A stretch of DNA of 64,000 bases from Macrostomum lignano (taxonomy: Eukaryota): positions 124,001-188,000 of the forward strand of contig NIVC01001264.1 of assembly GCA_002269645.1 (NCBI GenBank), read 5' to 3'. The translations under genes were made by a program, and so were the position numbers. The notes below the pieces were generated by a model. It was not told the DNA's origin. It did not search any database and saw only the letters and a list, made by a program, of their open reading frames with translations. Below are positions 50,890-62,814 of the stretch, in pieces (the first letter of the stretch is position 1; each line of letters starts with the position of its first letter).

Positions 50890-53800
50890 TTCTGTCTGTC
50901 TTAGTATCTCTAAAACAGCTCTATAGTGGTTAGTGCGAGAAACCAAAAGTATTGAGCTCTGAGCTCACTAGACGACTTTTATATTTTTGGTACAAGCGAA
51001 CGTAAGAATAATTGATGCATAAAAGCACAGGGGGTTTTACAAGAACGCACACACTAGTCACGCTCAATGAAGCATTGTCAGTCAATCGATAAAAATAAAA
51101 AAGCGAGTGTACTCAATGTACACCCGCTGAGTCACGCGATACGACAGTACCTGTCTGTCTGTCTGTCTATGTATCTATCTGACTGTTTTGGTGTCAAATT
51201 TACTGTCTGTTGGTCTATCTACATACTCTAGTGACAGCTTACTTTAAATTAACAGCCAATAGCGTACCTTGACCCGGGCGGTACCGTGAAAGTACTCCAA
51301 CAATAAGCCGCGCTTCTCAGCAGCCGACCGATTCTCATTAGCAGATTGTTCGACATTCTTAGCGAGACCGCTAAGTGATTCGCGTCGTTTCAGACTGGTG
51401 GGATCGAGCACCACCTGAAGGGAGTTCGAGTGAGCTGAAGACATTGGGCGATTCTCATGCTGAGATCTATGGGCGATTCTCATGCTGAGATCTATGGGAG
51501 ATTCTCGTGCTGAGATCTATTGAGCGATCCTCATGCTGAGATCTATGGGAGGTTCTCATGCTGAGATCTATAGGCGATTCTCATGCTGAGATCTATGGGC
51601 GATTCTCGTGCTAAGATCTATGGGCGATTTTCATGCTGAGATCTATTGGCGATTCTCATGCTGAAATCTATGGGAGATTCTCATGCATGCTGAGATCTAT
51701 AGGCGATCCTCGTGCTGAGATCTATGGGCGATTCTCGTGCTGAGATCTATGGGAGATTCTCGTGCTGAGATCTATAGGCGATTCTCGTGCTGAGATCTAT
51801 GGGAGATTCTCGTGCTGAGATCTATGGGCGATTCTCGTGCTGAGATCTATAGGCGATTCTCATGCTGAGATCTATGGGCGATTCTCGTGCTAAGATCTAT
51901 GGGCGATTTTCATGCTGAGATTTATTGGCGATTCTCATGCTGAAATCTATGGGAGATTCTCATGCATGCTGAGATCTATAGGCGATCCTCGTGCTGAGAT
52001 CTATGGGCGATTCTCGTGCTGAGATCTATGGGAGATTCTCGTGCTGAGATCTATGGGCGATTCTCGTGCTGAGATCTATGGGTGATTCTCATGCTGAGAT
52101 CTATAGGCGATTCTTAGAGGTATTGAAATAAGACAGACGCACCATCTGTCGCCTCTTAGCCGGCAGCTGGTCCAGCACGTCAGATTTCAATCGCCGAATC
52201 ATAAGCGAATCCTCCAGCAACAATTGCAGCTCCGGCATATTCGAACTACCCGAATAATCCGTGCCCCAGGCCCGTTGCTTTGGATCGCAATAGCGCTGAC
52301 CGAATTCGTGAAAACCGCCAGGGAATAATCTAGGCCTAATCATGGACATCTGAGTGTAGAGCTCGGCCGGCCTGGATAGAGCCGGAGTGCCGGACAACAG
52401 CAGAAGGCGCCTGGCATTTTTAGTTACACGAACGGCCGCTTTGGAACGAGCTGTTTTTGGATTCTTCAAGAAGTGACTCTCGTCAAATATGATAGTTGGA
52501 TAGGAGCGAGACGCCAGCTGATCTGCGCAGCGAGATAGTAGATCGTAGCTCACAATGGTTATGGGCACGTGGCAGCTTTGCGATGTCAGGGCTTTGCTGT
52601 TGTCTAGCACCTATAGTGAGTGTGTAAATTGTTGCAAAGACTCGATTACTTTATTTTCAACTGTAAGACACAAAAGCAAGCCTTAAAAGGCGTCAAACAA
52701 CTATCACAATTGAAAACAATCTAATACAATACTATTCAACAAGTTTCTAATCAATTTTTGGATCTTTGTCATAGGTTAGCACAAAAAACGCAAGAAGTCT
52801 TTGTCATTTCTTAGCACCCAAACGCAACAAGTCTTTGTCATTATTCAGCACCCAAACGCAACAAGTCTTTGTCACTATTTAGCACCCAAACGCAAGAAGT
52901 CTGTCATTATTTAGCACTTAAACGCAACAAGTCTTTGTCATTATTTAGCACCCAAACGCAACAAGTCTTTGTCACTGTTTAGCACCCAAACGCAAGAAGT
53001 CTTTGTCACTATTTAGCACCCAAACGCAAGAAGTCTTTGTCATTATTTAGCACTTAAACGCAACAAGTCTTTGTCATTATTTAGCACCCAAACGCAACAA
53101 GTCTTTGTCACTGTTTAGCACCCAAACGCAACAAGTCTTTGTCACTGTTTAGCACCCAAACGCAACAAGTCTTTGTCACTGTTTAGCACCCAAACGCAAC
53201 AAGTCTTTGTCAGTATTTAGCACCCAAACGCAAGAAGTCTTTGTCATTTCTTAGCACCCAAACGCAACAAGTCTTTGTCACTATTTAGCACCCTAAAGCA
53301 AGAAATCTTTGTCATTATTTAGCACTCAAACGCAACAAGTCTTTGTCACTACCCAAACACAAGAAGTCTTTGTCATTATTTAGCACTCAAACGCAACAAG
53401 TCTATGTCACTACCCAAACACAAGAAGTCTTTGTCATTATTTAGCACCCAAACGCAACAAGTCTTTATCATAGCACAACACCAAAATACTGTCTAACTTA
53501 CACTAGGCCTGCTCCGTGGGCCTCAGTGTAAAGTGTGTTAACCCCACACCTCCCCCTTCGCCCACCTCTCCTCCGCCGCGTGCCGGGGGTTCTTAAACCC
53601 AGTGTTTTCTGGCTTGGGCGTCTGCGTGCAAGTGCTCTGATTTTTTTATTTTTAATTTCTCTTGTTTTATTCTCCCCGGATTTATCGATCATTTTCGAAT
53701 TCGACGTATGCACGTTGTTTATTGCGCAAAATAAATGCAACATCCGAAGGGGTCGCCTTCCCCACCTCGTCGCTGCTTTGTGCTCGCTGCCATCCTGCCG

Positions 53801-56800
53801 CCTTTGCCTTTCTTTCGCTGCTTGTGGGGTTGCGGGTTAAAGCACGTCTTTGTCATAGCTTAGCATCAAAATACAGTTCAGGTCTTTGTCATAGCTTAGC
53901 ATCAAAATACAGTTCAGCTCTTTGTCATAGCTTAGCATCAAAATACAGTTCAGCTCTTTGTCATAGCTTAGCATCAAAATACAGTTCAGGGCTTTGTCAT
54001 AGCTTAGCATCAAAATACAGTTCAGGGCTTTGTCATAGCTTAGCATCAAAATACAACTGGTCTTTGTCATAGCTTAGCATCAAAATACAACTGGTCTTTG
54101 TCATAGCTTAGCATCAAAATACAACTGGTCTTTGTCATAGCTTAGCATCAAAATACAACAGGGCTTTGTCATAGCTTAGCATCGAAATACAACAGGGCTT
54201 TGTCATAGCTTAGCATCAAAATACAACTGGTCTTTGTCATAGCTTAGCATCAAAATACAACTAGTCTTTGTCATAGCTTAGCATCAAAATACAACTGGTC
54301 TTTGTCATAGCTTAGCATCAAAATACAACTGGTCTTTGTCATAGCTTAGCATCAAAATACAACTGGTCTTTGTCATAGCTTAGCATCAAAATACAACTGG
54401 TCTTTGTCATAGCTTAGCATCAAAATACAACTGGTCTTTGTCATAGCTTAGCATCAAAATACAACTGGTCTTTGTCATAGCTTAGCATCAAAATACAACT
54501 GGTCTTTGTCATAGCTTAGCATCAAAATACAACTGGTCTTTGTCATAGCTTAGCATCAAAATACAACTGGTATTTGTCATAGCTTAGCATCAAAATACAA
54601 CTGGTCTTTGTCATAGCTTAGCATCAAAATACAACTGGTCTTTGTCATTCTCACAAGAATATCCTCTTCAAGCAGGGCCTGGCCAGCCCATCGCAACACC
54701 TGACTACGCCAGGCGTAACGAACAGACGATGGCGCCACAATTAACGCAGGCCAATCGTTAGCCCGATAGTACAAAGCCACAGCAATAGCTTGCACAGTTT
54801 TTCCTAAGCCCATATCGTCGCCAATGAGAGCTCGGCCAGATTTGCTAATAACAAATTGCACTCCGCGAACTTGAAATGGCAGCAACGAGTTGGCCAAATC
54901 GCTGCCAATTACGCTGCCAAGTTGAGCTAAATCTGGTATGGCGGGCGATTGTGCCTTCGACTGCTGAGCCTATGTGTGCAATTGGAAATGGAAATTTTAT
55001 GTAGCTCATATAGTAAATAAATGCAGCTCTTGCTTAATTACTTTTTAAAGTATTTTAAATTAAACTAGCAATTTGGGGAGCCAAAAAATATACAGTACAA
55101 GTTTTTTAATAAACTACATGTAGTGTTTCTTTGCAATAACCTCAGCAATCTATTGTAAGCATTGACATCTTAGCAATTTCCCCCCCCCACAAGCCTTAAC
55201 ATATCAATCCCCCCTCCTTTCAAGAGATCTCAGCGATGACCACAATAAGCATTGAAATTTTTAAAATCTGTTACCCTTCTAACCCTAACCCTAACCTTAA
55301 AGCATTGACATTTCAGGAATTCTCCCCAAGAGTCATTATAGCATTACAGCATTATAGCGATTATAGCTTGAGTGTCTAGGAATTATGCTATTGTGCTGAA
55401 AAAGATTCTAGAAGGGGGGGGGTAGATTGGTAGAAGCTGCCAATTTTTACTAGGGTCGAGGTTTTGGAATGTCTGAGATGTCAAGGCTGAGAGGGGAATT
55501 GCTGAGATGTCAAGGCTGAGAGGGGAATTGCTGAGATGTCAAGGCTGAGAGGGGAATTGCTGAGATGTCAAGGCTGAGAGGAGAATTGCTGAGATGTCAA
55601 GGCTGAGGGGGGAATTGCTGAGATGTCAAGGCTGAGAGGGGAATTGCTGAGATGTCAAGGCTGAGAGGGGAATTGCTGAGATGTCAAGGCTGAGGGGGAA
55701 TTGCTGAGATGTCGAGGCTGACAGGGGGGAATTGCTGAGATGTCGAGGCTGACAGGGGGGAATTGCTGAGATGTCGAGGCTGACAGGGGGGATTCCTGAG
55801 ATGTCGAGGCTGACAGGGGGAATTGCTGAGATGTCGAGGCTGACAGGGGGGAATTGCTGAGATCTCGAGGCTGACAGGGGGGAATTGCTGAGATGTCAAG
55901 ACTGACGGGGGAATTGCTGAGATGTCGAGGCTGACAGGGGGGAATTGCTGAGATGTCAAGGCTGAGAGGGGAATTGCTGAGATGTCAAGGCTGAGAGGGG
56001 AATTGCTGAGATGTCAAGGCTGAGGGGGGAATTGCTGAGATGTCAAGGCTGAGAGGGGAATTGCTGAGATGTCAAGGCTGAGAGGGGAATTGCTGAGATG
56101 TCAAGGCTGAGGGGGGAATTGCTGAGATGTCGAGGCTGACAGGGGGGGGATTCCTGAGATGTCGAGGCTGACAGGGGGGGATTCCTGAGATGTCGAGGCT
56201 GACAGGGGGGGATTCCTGAGATGTCGAGGCTGACAGGGGGGAATTGCTGAGATGTCGAGGCTGACAGGGGGGAATTGCTGAGATGTCGAGGCTGACAGGG
56301 GGGAATTGCTGAGATGTCAAGACTGACGGGGGATTGCTGAGATGTCGAGGCTGACAGGGGGGGGGATTCCTGAGATGTCGAGGCTGACATGGGGGAATTG
56401 CTGAGATGTCGAGGCTGACAGGGGGGGGGATTGCTGAGATGTCAAGACTGACAGGGGGAATTGCTGAGATGTCAAGACTGACGGGGGGATTGCTGAGATG
56501 TCGAGGCTGACAGGGGGGGATTGCTGAGATGTCAAGACTGACAGGGGGAATTGCTGAGATGTCAAGACTGACGGGGGGATTGCTGAGACGTCGAGGCTGA
56601 CAGGGGGGAATTGCTGAGATGTCGAGGCTGACAGGGGGGGGATTGCTGAGATGTCAAGACTGACAGGGGGAATTGCTGAGATGTCAAGACTGACAGGGGG
56701 AATTGCTGAGATGTGAAGACTGAGAAAACAGAAGCTATATGTAAAGAAAAAGTTATTCCATCCTTTGTTGCCTACTAACAGGGGGTGCTGATTGTTAAGT

Positions 56801-57236
56801 CTTGAAGCTAAAAATTAGTCTCCAATAGACTTATTTCAGATAGAAAATGTTACAAGTGTGTAGCACTTACAGCGCTTGCAGAGGATTGAGGCGGATTATG
56901 CTGAGGCTGAGCTGGCCTATACCTTCTAGCCAGTATGCTAGCTATGACTGGCGGCAATGGTTCGATTTTTAATTCGCGTTTCAAACTGGGATCCGCATCC
57001 CGCAGCAGGCGCATGAAGGTGTCATAGTCGCGAGCGTGAAATGACCACCTACGCGTGGCTGGGTCGTAATTCCTGGATGGCACAGACTTGAACAATTGCA
57101 ATAGGCCCATGTGGTAGCCAATCTTCACTTCGAATTGGTTTTCATTTAATAGCACTACTTTGCCTTCTAGCTTGGGAGTTGGCTGTTTCTGCTGGCATTG
57201 ATTTCCTGGCTGGCCGCGGCCTCTCTGAGGCTGCAT
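49195..57236 (-). CDS. SMARCAL1: SMARCAL1 annealing helicase / fork remodeller, about 736 aa, single HARP domain; exons 57236-56871, 54969-54655, 52610-52143, 51414-51268, 50572-50192, 49803-49523, 49447-49195
   Basis: HARP ([27 protein letters not shown]); SNF2 motifs [82 protein letters not shown]. Total 2211 nt, in frame. Additional upstream exons cannot be excluded. Confidence 0.95.
49823..50105. repeat. (CTGA)n microsatellite
   Basis: Direct reading. Confidence 0.97.
50705..50905. repeat. (TCTG)n microsatellite
   Basis: Direct reading. Confidence 0.95.
51445..52110. repeat. 25-bp minisatellite (GCTGAGATCTATGGGCGATTCTCGT/AT)
   Basis: Period 25. Confidence 0.95.
52780..53470. repeat. 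34-bp minisatellite A (TCTTTGTCACTGTTTAGCACCCAAACGCAACAAG)
   Basis: Period 34. Confidence 0.93.
53845..54648. repeat. 34-bp minisatellite B (TCTTTGTCATAGCTTAGCATCAAAATACAACTGG)
   Basis: Period 34; highly homogeneous. Confidence 0.95.
55478..56722. repeat. 29-30-bp minisatellite (GCTGAGATGTCAAGGCTGAGAGGGGAATT)
   Basis: Period 29 with a variable G-run. Confidence 0.95.
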
Positions 57237-57469
57237 AGTCAAGCTTCTAACTGCTTAACTAGAGTTTAATAATTAATCACATATGTAATAGTACATTTTT
57301 TCTGGTGACAGGCTGCAAAGAAAATAATGATTTAAAACTGCTAGAGCTAAAATTTTGCTTCTTTATAATCAAATAGAAGCTTGAAAGTTATGCTAAAACT
57401 TTAATAATTATAATAATAATAAATGTAGTTGATTACCCCTGCACTAATGGGCAAATGATTGCTACACAT

Positions 57470-57534
57470 ACACACCCCCTTAATCACCCCAGCTAATGCC
57501 AGTACCCTTTTTACAGCAGCTGGGTGAACTGAGC
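57470..57534 (-). mobile_element. Fragment of the same CORE-type SINE as at 13375-13617
   Basis: CCCCAGCTAATGC..ACCC..TTTTACAG..CTGGGTGAACTGA is shared with about 13480-13535. Confidence 0.7.
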
Positions 57535-57881
57535 ATTGGAACCTTATATCCAACACTCTAACCCACTAGGCTATATAGAACCCCAAAATTTAGCACTACA
57601 TAAGCCAATGAAAATGTACCAATGTTCATATAAATGTCTGCTGCAAAAAAGAGAGGACTGGCATTACTTGACATATATCCCTATAGGAAAAAGTTGTAAA
57701 ACTGCAGACAGCGTCCGGCACACTTTCGAAATTTTTCTAAAGCGCAGTGCGCGCACAGGCGCATAGCGCCTGCACGCGCAGTGCCTTTTCCCACTGGCTG
57801 CTGCTCAAGCAAATAAATATACATGGAAGGGGGCCTAATACCTTTGTAGAAGGAGCCTATACACTTGTCATTTATAATACC

Positions 57882-58215
57882 TAGCGATGTTCCAAAATTT
57901 CAATTTCAATTTTCCAAAATTCAAAATTTTTAAGAGCAAATTTCGATTTTGAAAAAAATTGGAAGTCAAAATTTCGAAAGTGTCTAAGTGGCTAAAAATA
58001 AACAGCAAGGAATTTCTGCTACATATACATGTATTTTGTTTTGCATAAGCAGTAAATCAAAACGTAAAAAGTAAGTGTTAGTCATATTAAACTTTGTTTT
58101 TCTGAATTTTGATTTCAGAAAATTTCAAGTTCAATTTCAATTTTGGAAAGTTATCGAATTTCGATTTCGACAGATTGAAATGGACGATTTCGTCAATTGC
58201 AATGGAACATCTCTA
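57882..58215. mobile_element. hAT-like MITE (334 bp)
   Basis: TIRs TAGCGATGTTCCA / TGGAACATCTCTA (12/13 match); flanks ATAATACC and ATAATGCT resemble a decayed 8-bp TSD (6/8). Confidence 0.65.
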
Positions 58216-58447
58216 ATAATGCTAAAGTGCGGTAAAATAATTTGACTCTACTCTAAAGTGCGCATCCGCGGGTTTTCAACTTTTATTCCAATAGGGACAT
58301 GTATTTGCATTTTTCTAGGATGCTTTTGCACTTTGACTCATTAGCATAGCAATTGTAAATAAGTTGGCATATAAATTAACATAAAATTCCATTCGAACAT
58401 TGGTGCAATATCTAAAGCAAGTGTCAGCAAACTTTACTGTAAGGGCC

Positions 58448-58771
58448 AGATAGAGAACCTAGAGCATGACTGTGGGTCAGATAGAGAACCTAGAGCACGA
58501 CTGTGGGTCAGATAGAGAACCTAGAGCACGACTGTGGGTCAGATAGAGAACCTAGAGCATGACTGTAGGTCAGATAGAGAACCTAGAGCATGACTGTGGG
58601 TCAGATAGAGAACCTAGAGCACAACTGTGGGCCAGATAGAGAACCTAGAGCATGACTGTGGGTCAGATAGAGAACCTAGAGCACGACTGTAGGCCAGATA
58701 GAGAACCTAGAGCATGACTGTGGGTCAGATAGAGAACCTAGAGCACGACTGTGGGTCAGATAGAGAACCTA
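58448..58771. repeat. 31-bp minisatellite (TGGGTCAGATAGAGAACCTAGAGCACGACTG), truncated by the CACTA element
   Basis: Period 31; the last unit stops at GAACCTA, directly before CACTGTAAA. Confidence 0.93.
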
Positions 58772-59288
58772 CACTGTAAATCTTATGGGTCCGGATAAGG
58801 TCCGAATTGCATAATGCGGACCTTCATGCCTGAAGGCGGACCTTCATGTCTGAAGGTCCAATTTTTTTGGTCAGAGAAAACGAATGAAATTTTTTCAAGT
58901 GCCCTCAAATGATATTTTTTTAAGCACACGCGAGATTTTATAGAGAAAATCGGACTGGAAATAAATTTAGGTTTTATACCACCGTATTTTTTGCCGCATA
59001 AAAACACAAATAAAATTATCCGTCAAATGTAATTGCATCAATCGAAAGCTCTAAATGCCTTAAATTAAAGGAATTATATATTGTATTCCTTTTAACAGGT
59101 ACAAGCGCATTTCTAACACAGATCAAAAATATGTTGGGAACTTTTGTTTCACTCTACTAACTTCGAACATTTAGATTGTTGCGTGCAATTCGTTCTGATC
59201 AAACCTAAAAATTAGTGCTTTTTAAACGTTTTTACGCGTTGTCCATTCCACAACGACGAATTTAGTAGGCTTATCCACTGTCCAGGAT

Positions 59289-61835
59289 ATGTTAAATGGA
59301 GATGAAAATGTAATTTCAAAACTATTTCAATGTAGTATATGTCTTCATACACACAAGGATTTATTTAAGCTTATAAGTCATATAAAACTATACCATTCTT
59401 TTGGGAATAGCAATTTTTTATGTCCAGTTAGGGGATGTTACCATATTAGTGTTACAATTGAAGGATTACAAGCACATGCCTATCGTATGCACAAAAACAG
59501 TGTTGTTGATAATTTTTCCCAAGACCAAGTTCTACAGCCAAATTGTGTTCATAATAACCCTACTCTAGACTTATTAGGAAACCCTTTAGAAAATGAATTG
59601 CAAGCTGTGCCTATAGATATAGCCATATTATCTACTATTTGTAACCAAGTTGAAAATGAAAAAAAAGACCCTGAATTTGAAATGTCTAGTGATTTTTTAT
59701 GTGAAAATACAAGAAAACATCTTGCTGAAAATTTTGTTTACTTTTATCTAAAGTCTAGACATTTCTTTTTAATTCCTAAAAGCAAATCTAATCAATTATG
59801 TGAACTTGTTAAGGAAATAGTTTGCTGATGACTATTTTTTGTTATTTGAGCAATTTTTAAAAGAAGAATGTCCTTCAATAGTTAACAGCTATAATTCTTA
59901 TAAAAATAAATTAAATTTGCAAGAAATGATTGACCTTTCATTAGAGCATCTATTAAGTAATAAAAAAATATTTGAAATTTTACAAAACAAGTTTAATTTT
60001 GTTGAGCCCATTGAAATCATAGATGAAGAATCAAAATTAAAAATTCTATATATTCCAATAAAAGAAACACTTAGTTCTATTATAAAAAATGAGACATTGC
60101 TTAAGTATATTATTACAAATTCTTATTTAAATGCAACCAACAAAGAAAATTTTTTTTTCAAGTCTACTTATTTTGAAGAACATATTAGTCCATTGTTAAC
60201 AAATAAGAATGGTATATTCATAAAACTTTATTCAGATGAAATTGAAATATGTAATCCTATTGGGTCTGCCAAAACAAAACATAAATTATGTGTAGTATAC
60301 TTTACTATTCTTAATTTCCCTGAATATCTTAGTTCATCTTCAGACTTATATTTTCTTTTAACAGTATTTAATGATTCAAATGTTAAAAAGAAAGGTTTAC
60401 AGTTTTGTTTATTTCCATTAATTAGAGAGCTGAATGAGCTTTACTTTGAAGAATTTCAAATAAGTAATTTGATAAAAATGCCTGTTATTGCTGCTTTCAT
60501 GACTGGGGATAATTTATCAATACATAGAATGTTAGGTATGCAAACTTGGTTTTCAAGTGGTTATATTTGTAGATTTTGTTTTATAGGTTATAAACAGCTT
60601 TGTAGCATTAGATTAGAAGAATTAAGTACATTATTCCTATTTGAATATCGAGATAATTCATCATATATTGAAGATTTTAAATCCTTAAGTAATGGTTTAA
60701 TTTCACCATCTGTGTTTAGAAGTGTAGCATATATTAACTTTCAATATTTTTCCCCCCTGATATAATGCATGATGTGTTTGAAGGGTTTTCTCATGTTGTT
60801 ATATGTATTATTCTATTAAGTATTATTCAAAATCATAATATTAGTATAGACTATATAAACAAACAACTAAATTTGATTAAAGAAATCAGTATTCCTACAA
60901 TAAATAAATATCACTTACAAAATTATCATCTACCATGTACTTCTAATCAAATAATTGTTATTCTACAATACTTTGGACTTTTATTTGGACATTTGTTTGA
61001 GTTGGATGATGATATTTGGATATTATTTAATTGTCACAGGCAGTTTCTTGACATAATTTTGTCCCCATATGATAGTAGCATAAACTTAGAATATTTTCAA
61101 TCTCTTATTTCTGGCCAATTAGAATTAATATATAGAAACACGGGCTTCAATCCTAAATATAAATGTAAATTGCATTATATATGTCACTATCCTGAATTTT
61201 ATCATTATTATAGTGGTCTTAAATACTTATGGTGTATGCGAGGTGAAGCTCATCATCAATTGCTTAAGAATATAAACAGGCATGCAAGAAATTTCAAAAA
61301 TCCTGCCTATACATGTGCAAAACAATATCAAATTCAAAAAGCACTTATCATTAAGCACTATGAACCAGGTACAATTAAGAGCCATAATATAAATCCTATT
61401 AGCTTAAATATGCTATTGACAATAGATGAACAAACTGAGTTATGCAACAACATGAATTTAGATACAGACTCAATTATTGGCACTATTTGTCTTTCTACTA
61501 ATGAACTAAAATATCAGGGGTTTGTATATCGGACTCCAACATTAAATTACCGTTATTGTTTGCCAATTTTAGAACCAACTGGAATTGCTTTAGCATTAAT
61601 TAGCCATATTATTCAACTTTCCAACAAGTGGATAATTATTTGTAAAAAAGTGAATGCTAAATTTTCTTGTCATTATAGCAGTTTTATATGCACTGTGAAT
61701 AATGACCATTTAGTATTTATTGAACCTACTCAGCACTTTTTTCATCAGCCAATTCCATTTTTAATGTATCAAGGGAAACTTTTTCTTTCTTTAAAATATT
61801 ATCCAATGCTACATTGCCAAAACATTGATCAATAA
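59289..61835 (+). pseudogene. EnSpm/CMC-type transposase with N-terminal C2H2 zinc fingers, split into three ORFs by two frameshifts
   Basis: CSIC..HIKLYH and CPVRGC..HAYRMH; LYSDEIEICNPIGSAKTKHK, GDNLSIH, CRFC, (PPDI)MHDVFEG, KLHYICHY, LWCMRGEAHH. Frame changes occur near 59820 and in the T5C6 run at 60747-60757. Confidence 0.85.
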
Positions 61836-62129
61836 TCTACAATCTTAGTGGGTATCATTTTAGATAAATTTAAGCATATAACAATATGGCATACACTTGC
61901 ACTTCATAAAATAACAAATTATTACAAGGGCCACCTTGCCTCTAGCACAAGGAACTGTGCTCTCCACCTTACATAGATTTCTGGCCTATAGGTGTCTAAC
62001 CTTTTTATGATAGGTCGGCTTGCCCTTTCTTGACTAGGCTAGTTCTATGTAGATGGTGCAGGTTTTCGAACCATTTCTTGCCTAAAATGGGTTCATCCTC
62101 TGTCTAAGCTTGTTGAAGCTTCAGCTTTT

Positions 62130-62683
62130 AGTATTGAAGAGTGAAGATTGTTCAGAAAAAAGCAACAAAAAAACAAAAGCATCATAAAAACACTAAACAT
62201 TTTGTTGTCACAGTCATTACTTATGGCTGCAAGGTATGGGGTCCACTGGCCAGGCAATCAAAAATTAAGGATCTGGATAATATTCAATTGAAATTCTATA
62301 AGTCTCTCCTTAAATTCTTAATCTACCAGAGCATACATACAAGCAATAAAGTCATACTCAATGAACTCAACATTCTTCCTATTTCTGAAATCATTAAGAA
62401 AAGGTACCTCCTTTTCTGGTTAAAACTTATTTAAAGCTAACTCTACTACCACTAGTCTCTTTAACAACAATGACAATCCAATTGATCCTTGGAAGAAAGC
62501 CATCTCACAGCAACTTAAAGGCATTGATCTAATGCAAAAACTTCTACTGTTTAAATTGTATTGTCCATTATTGACAACTTTTGTTAACACTAAGTTATTC
62601 ATATCTAATTAAATACACTCTATTAACATAACGGGCACTACTTGCCCAAGCCAATTAACTACTACTACTACTACTACTACTAC
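62130..62683 (+). mobile_element. 5'-truncated LINE fragment (post-RT C-terminus) with (CTA)n tail
   Basis: VITYGCKVW..LDNIQLKFYKSLL..TSNKVILNELNILPI, followed by in-frame stops; (ACT)n at 62658-62683. Confidence 0.7.
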
Positions 62684-62814
62684 ATTAAGTCAAGCCAAGG
62701 ACAAAAGCCGAAAAATCATAATGAACAAGAATTCCTTGGCTTTATAAATTCATTTTATCTGTGTCTTACCAGATGTATTCTGATTGAGGTTGTGCACATC
62801 ATACCTCATTTCAG

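Noticed and set aside
55279-55296. (CTAACC)3 telomere-like repeat
   Set aside because: Only three units; too short to support an interstitial telomere.
57745-57782. GC-rich near-palindrome (CAGGCGC-ATA-GCGCCTG) upstream of SMARCAL1
   Set aside because: Could be a promoter element, but it is too short to call without TSS data.
60763-60767. TAATG stop-start overlap suggesting translational coupling or programmed frameshifting
   Set aside because: The ATA-ATG arises from the conserved DIMHD motif. One missing base in the upstream T5C6 run explains it, and there is no canonical X XXY YYZ slippery site.
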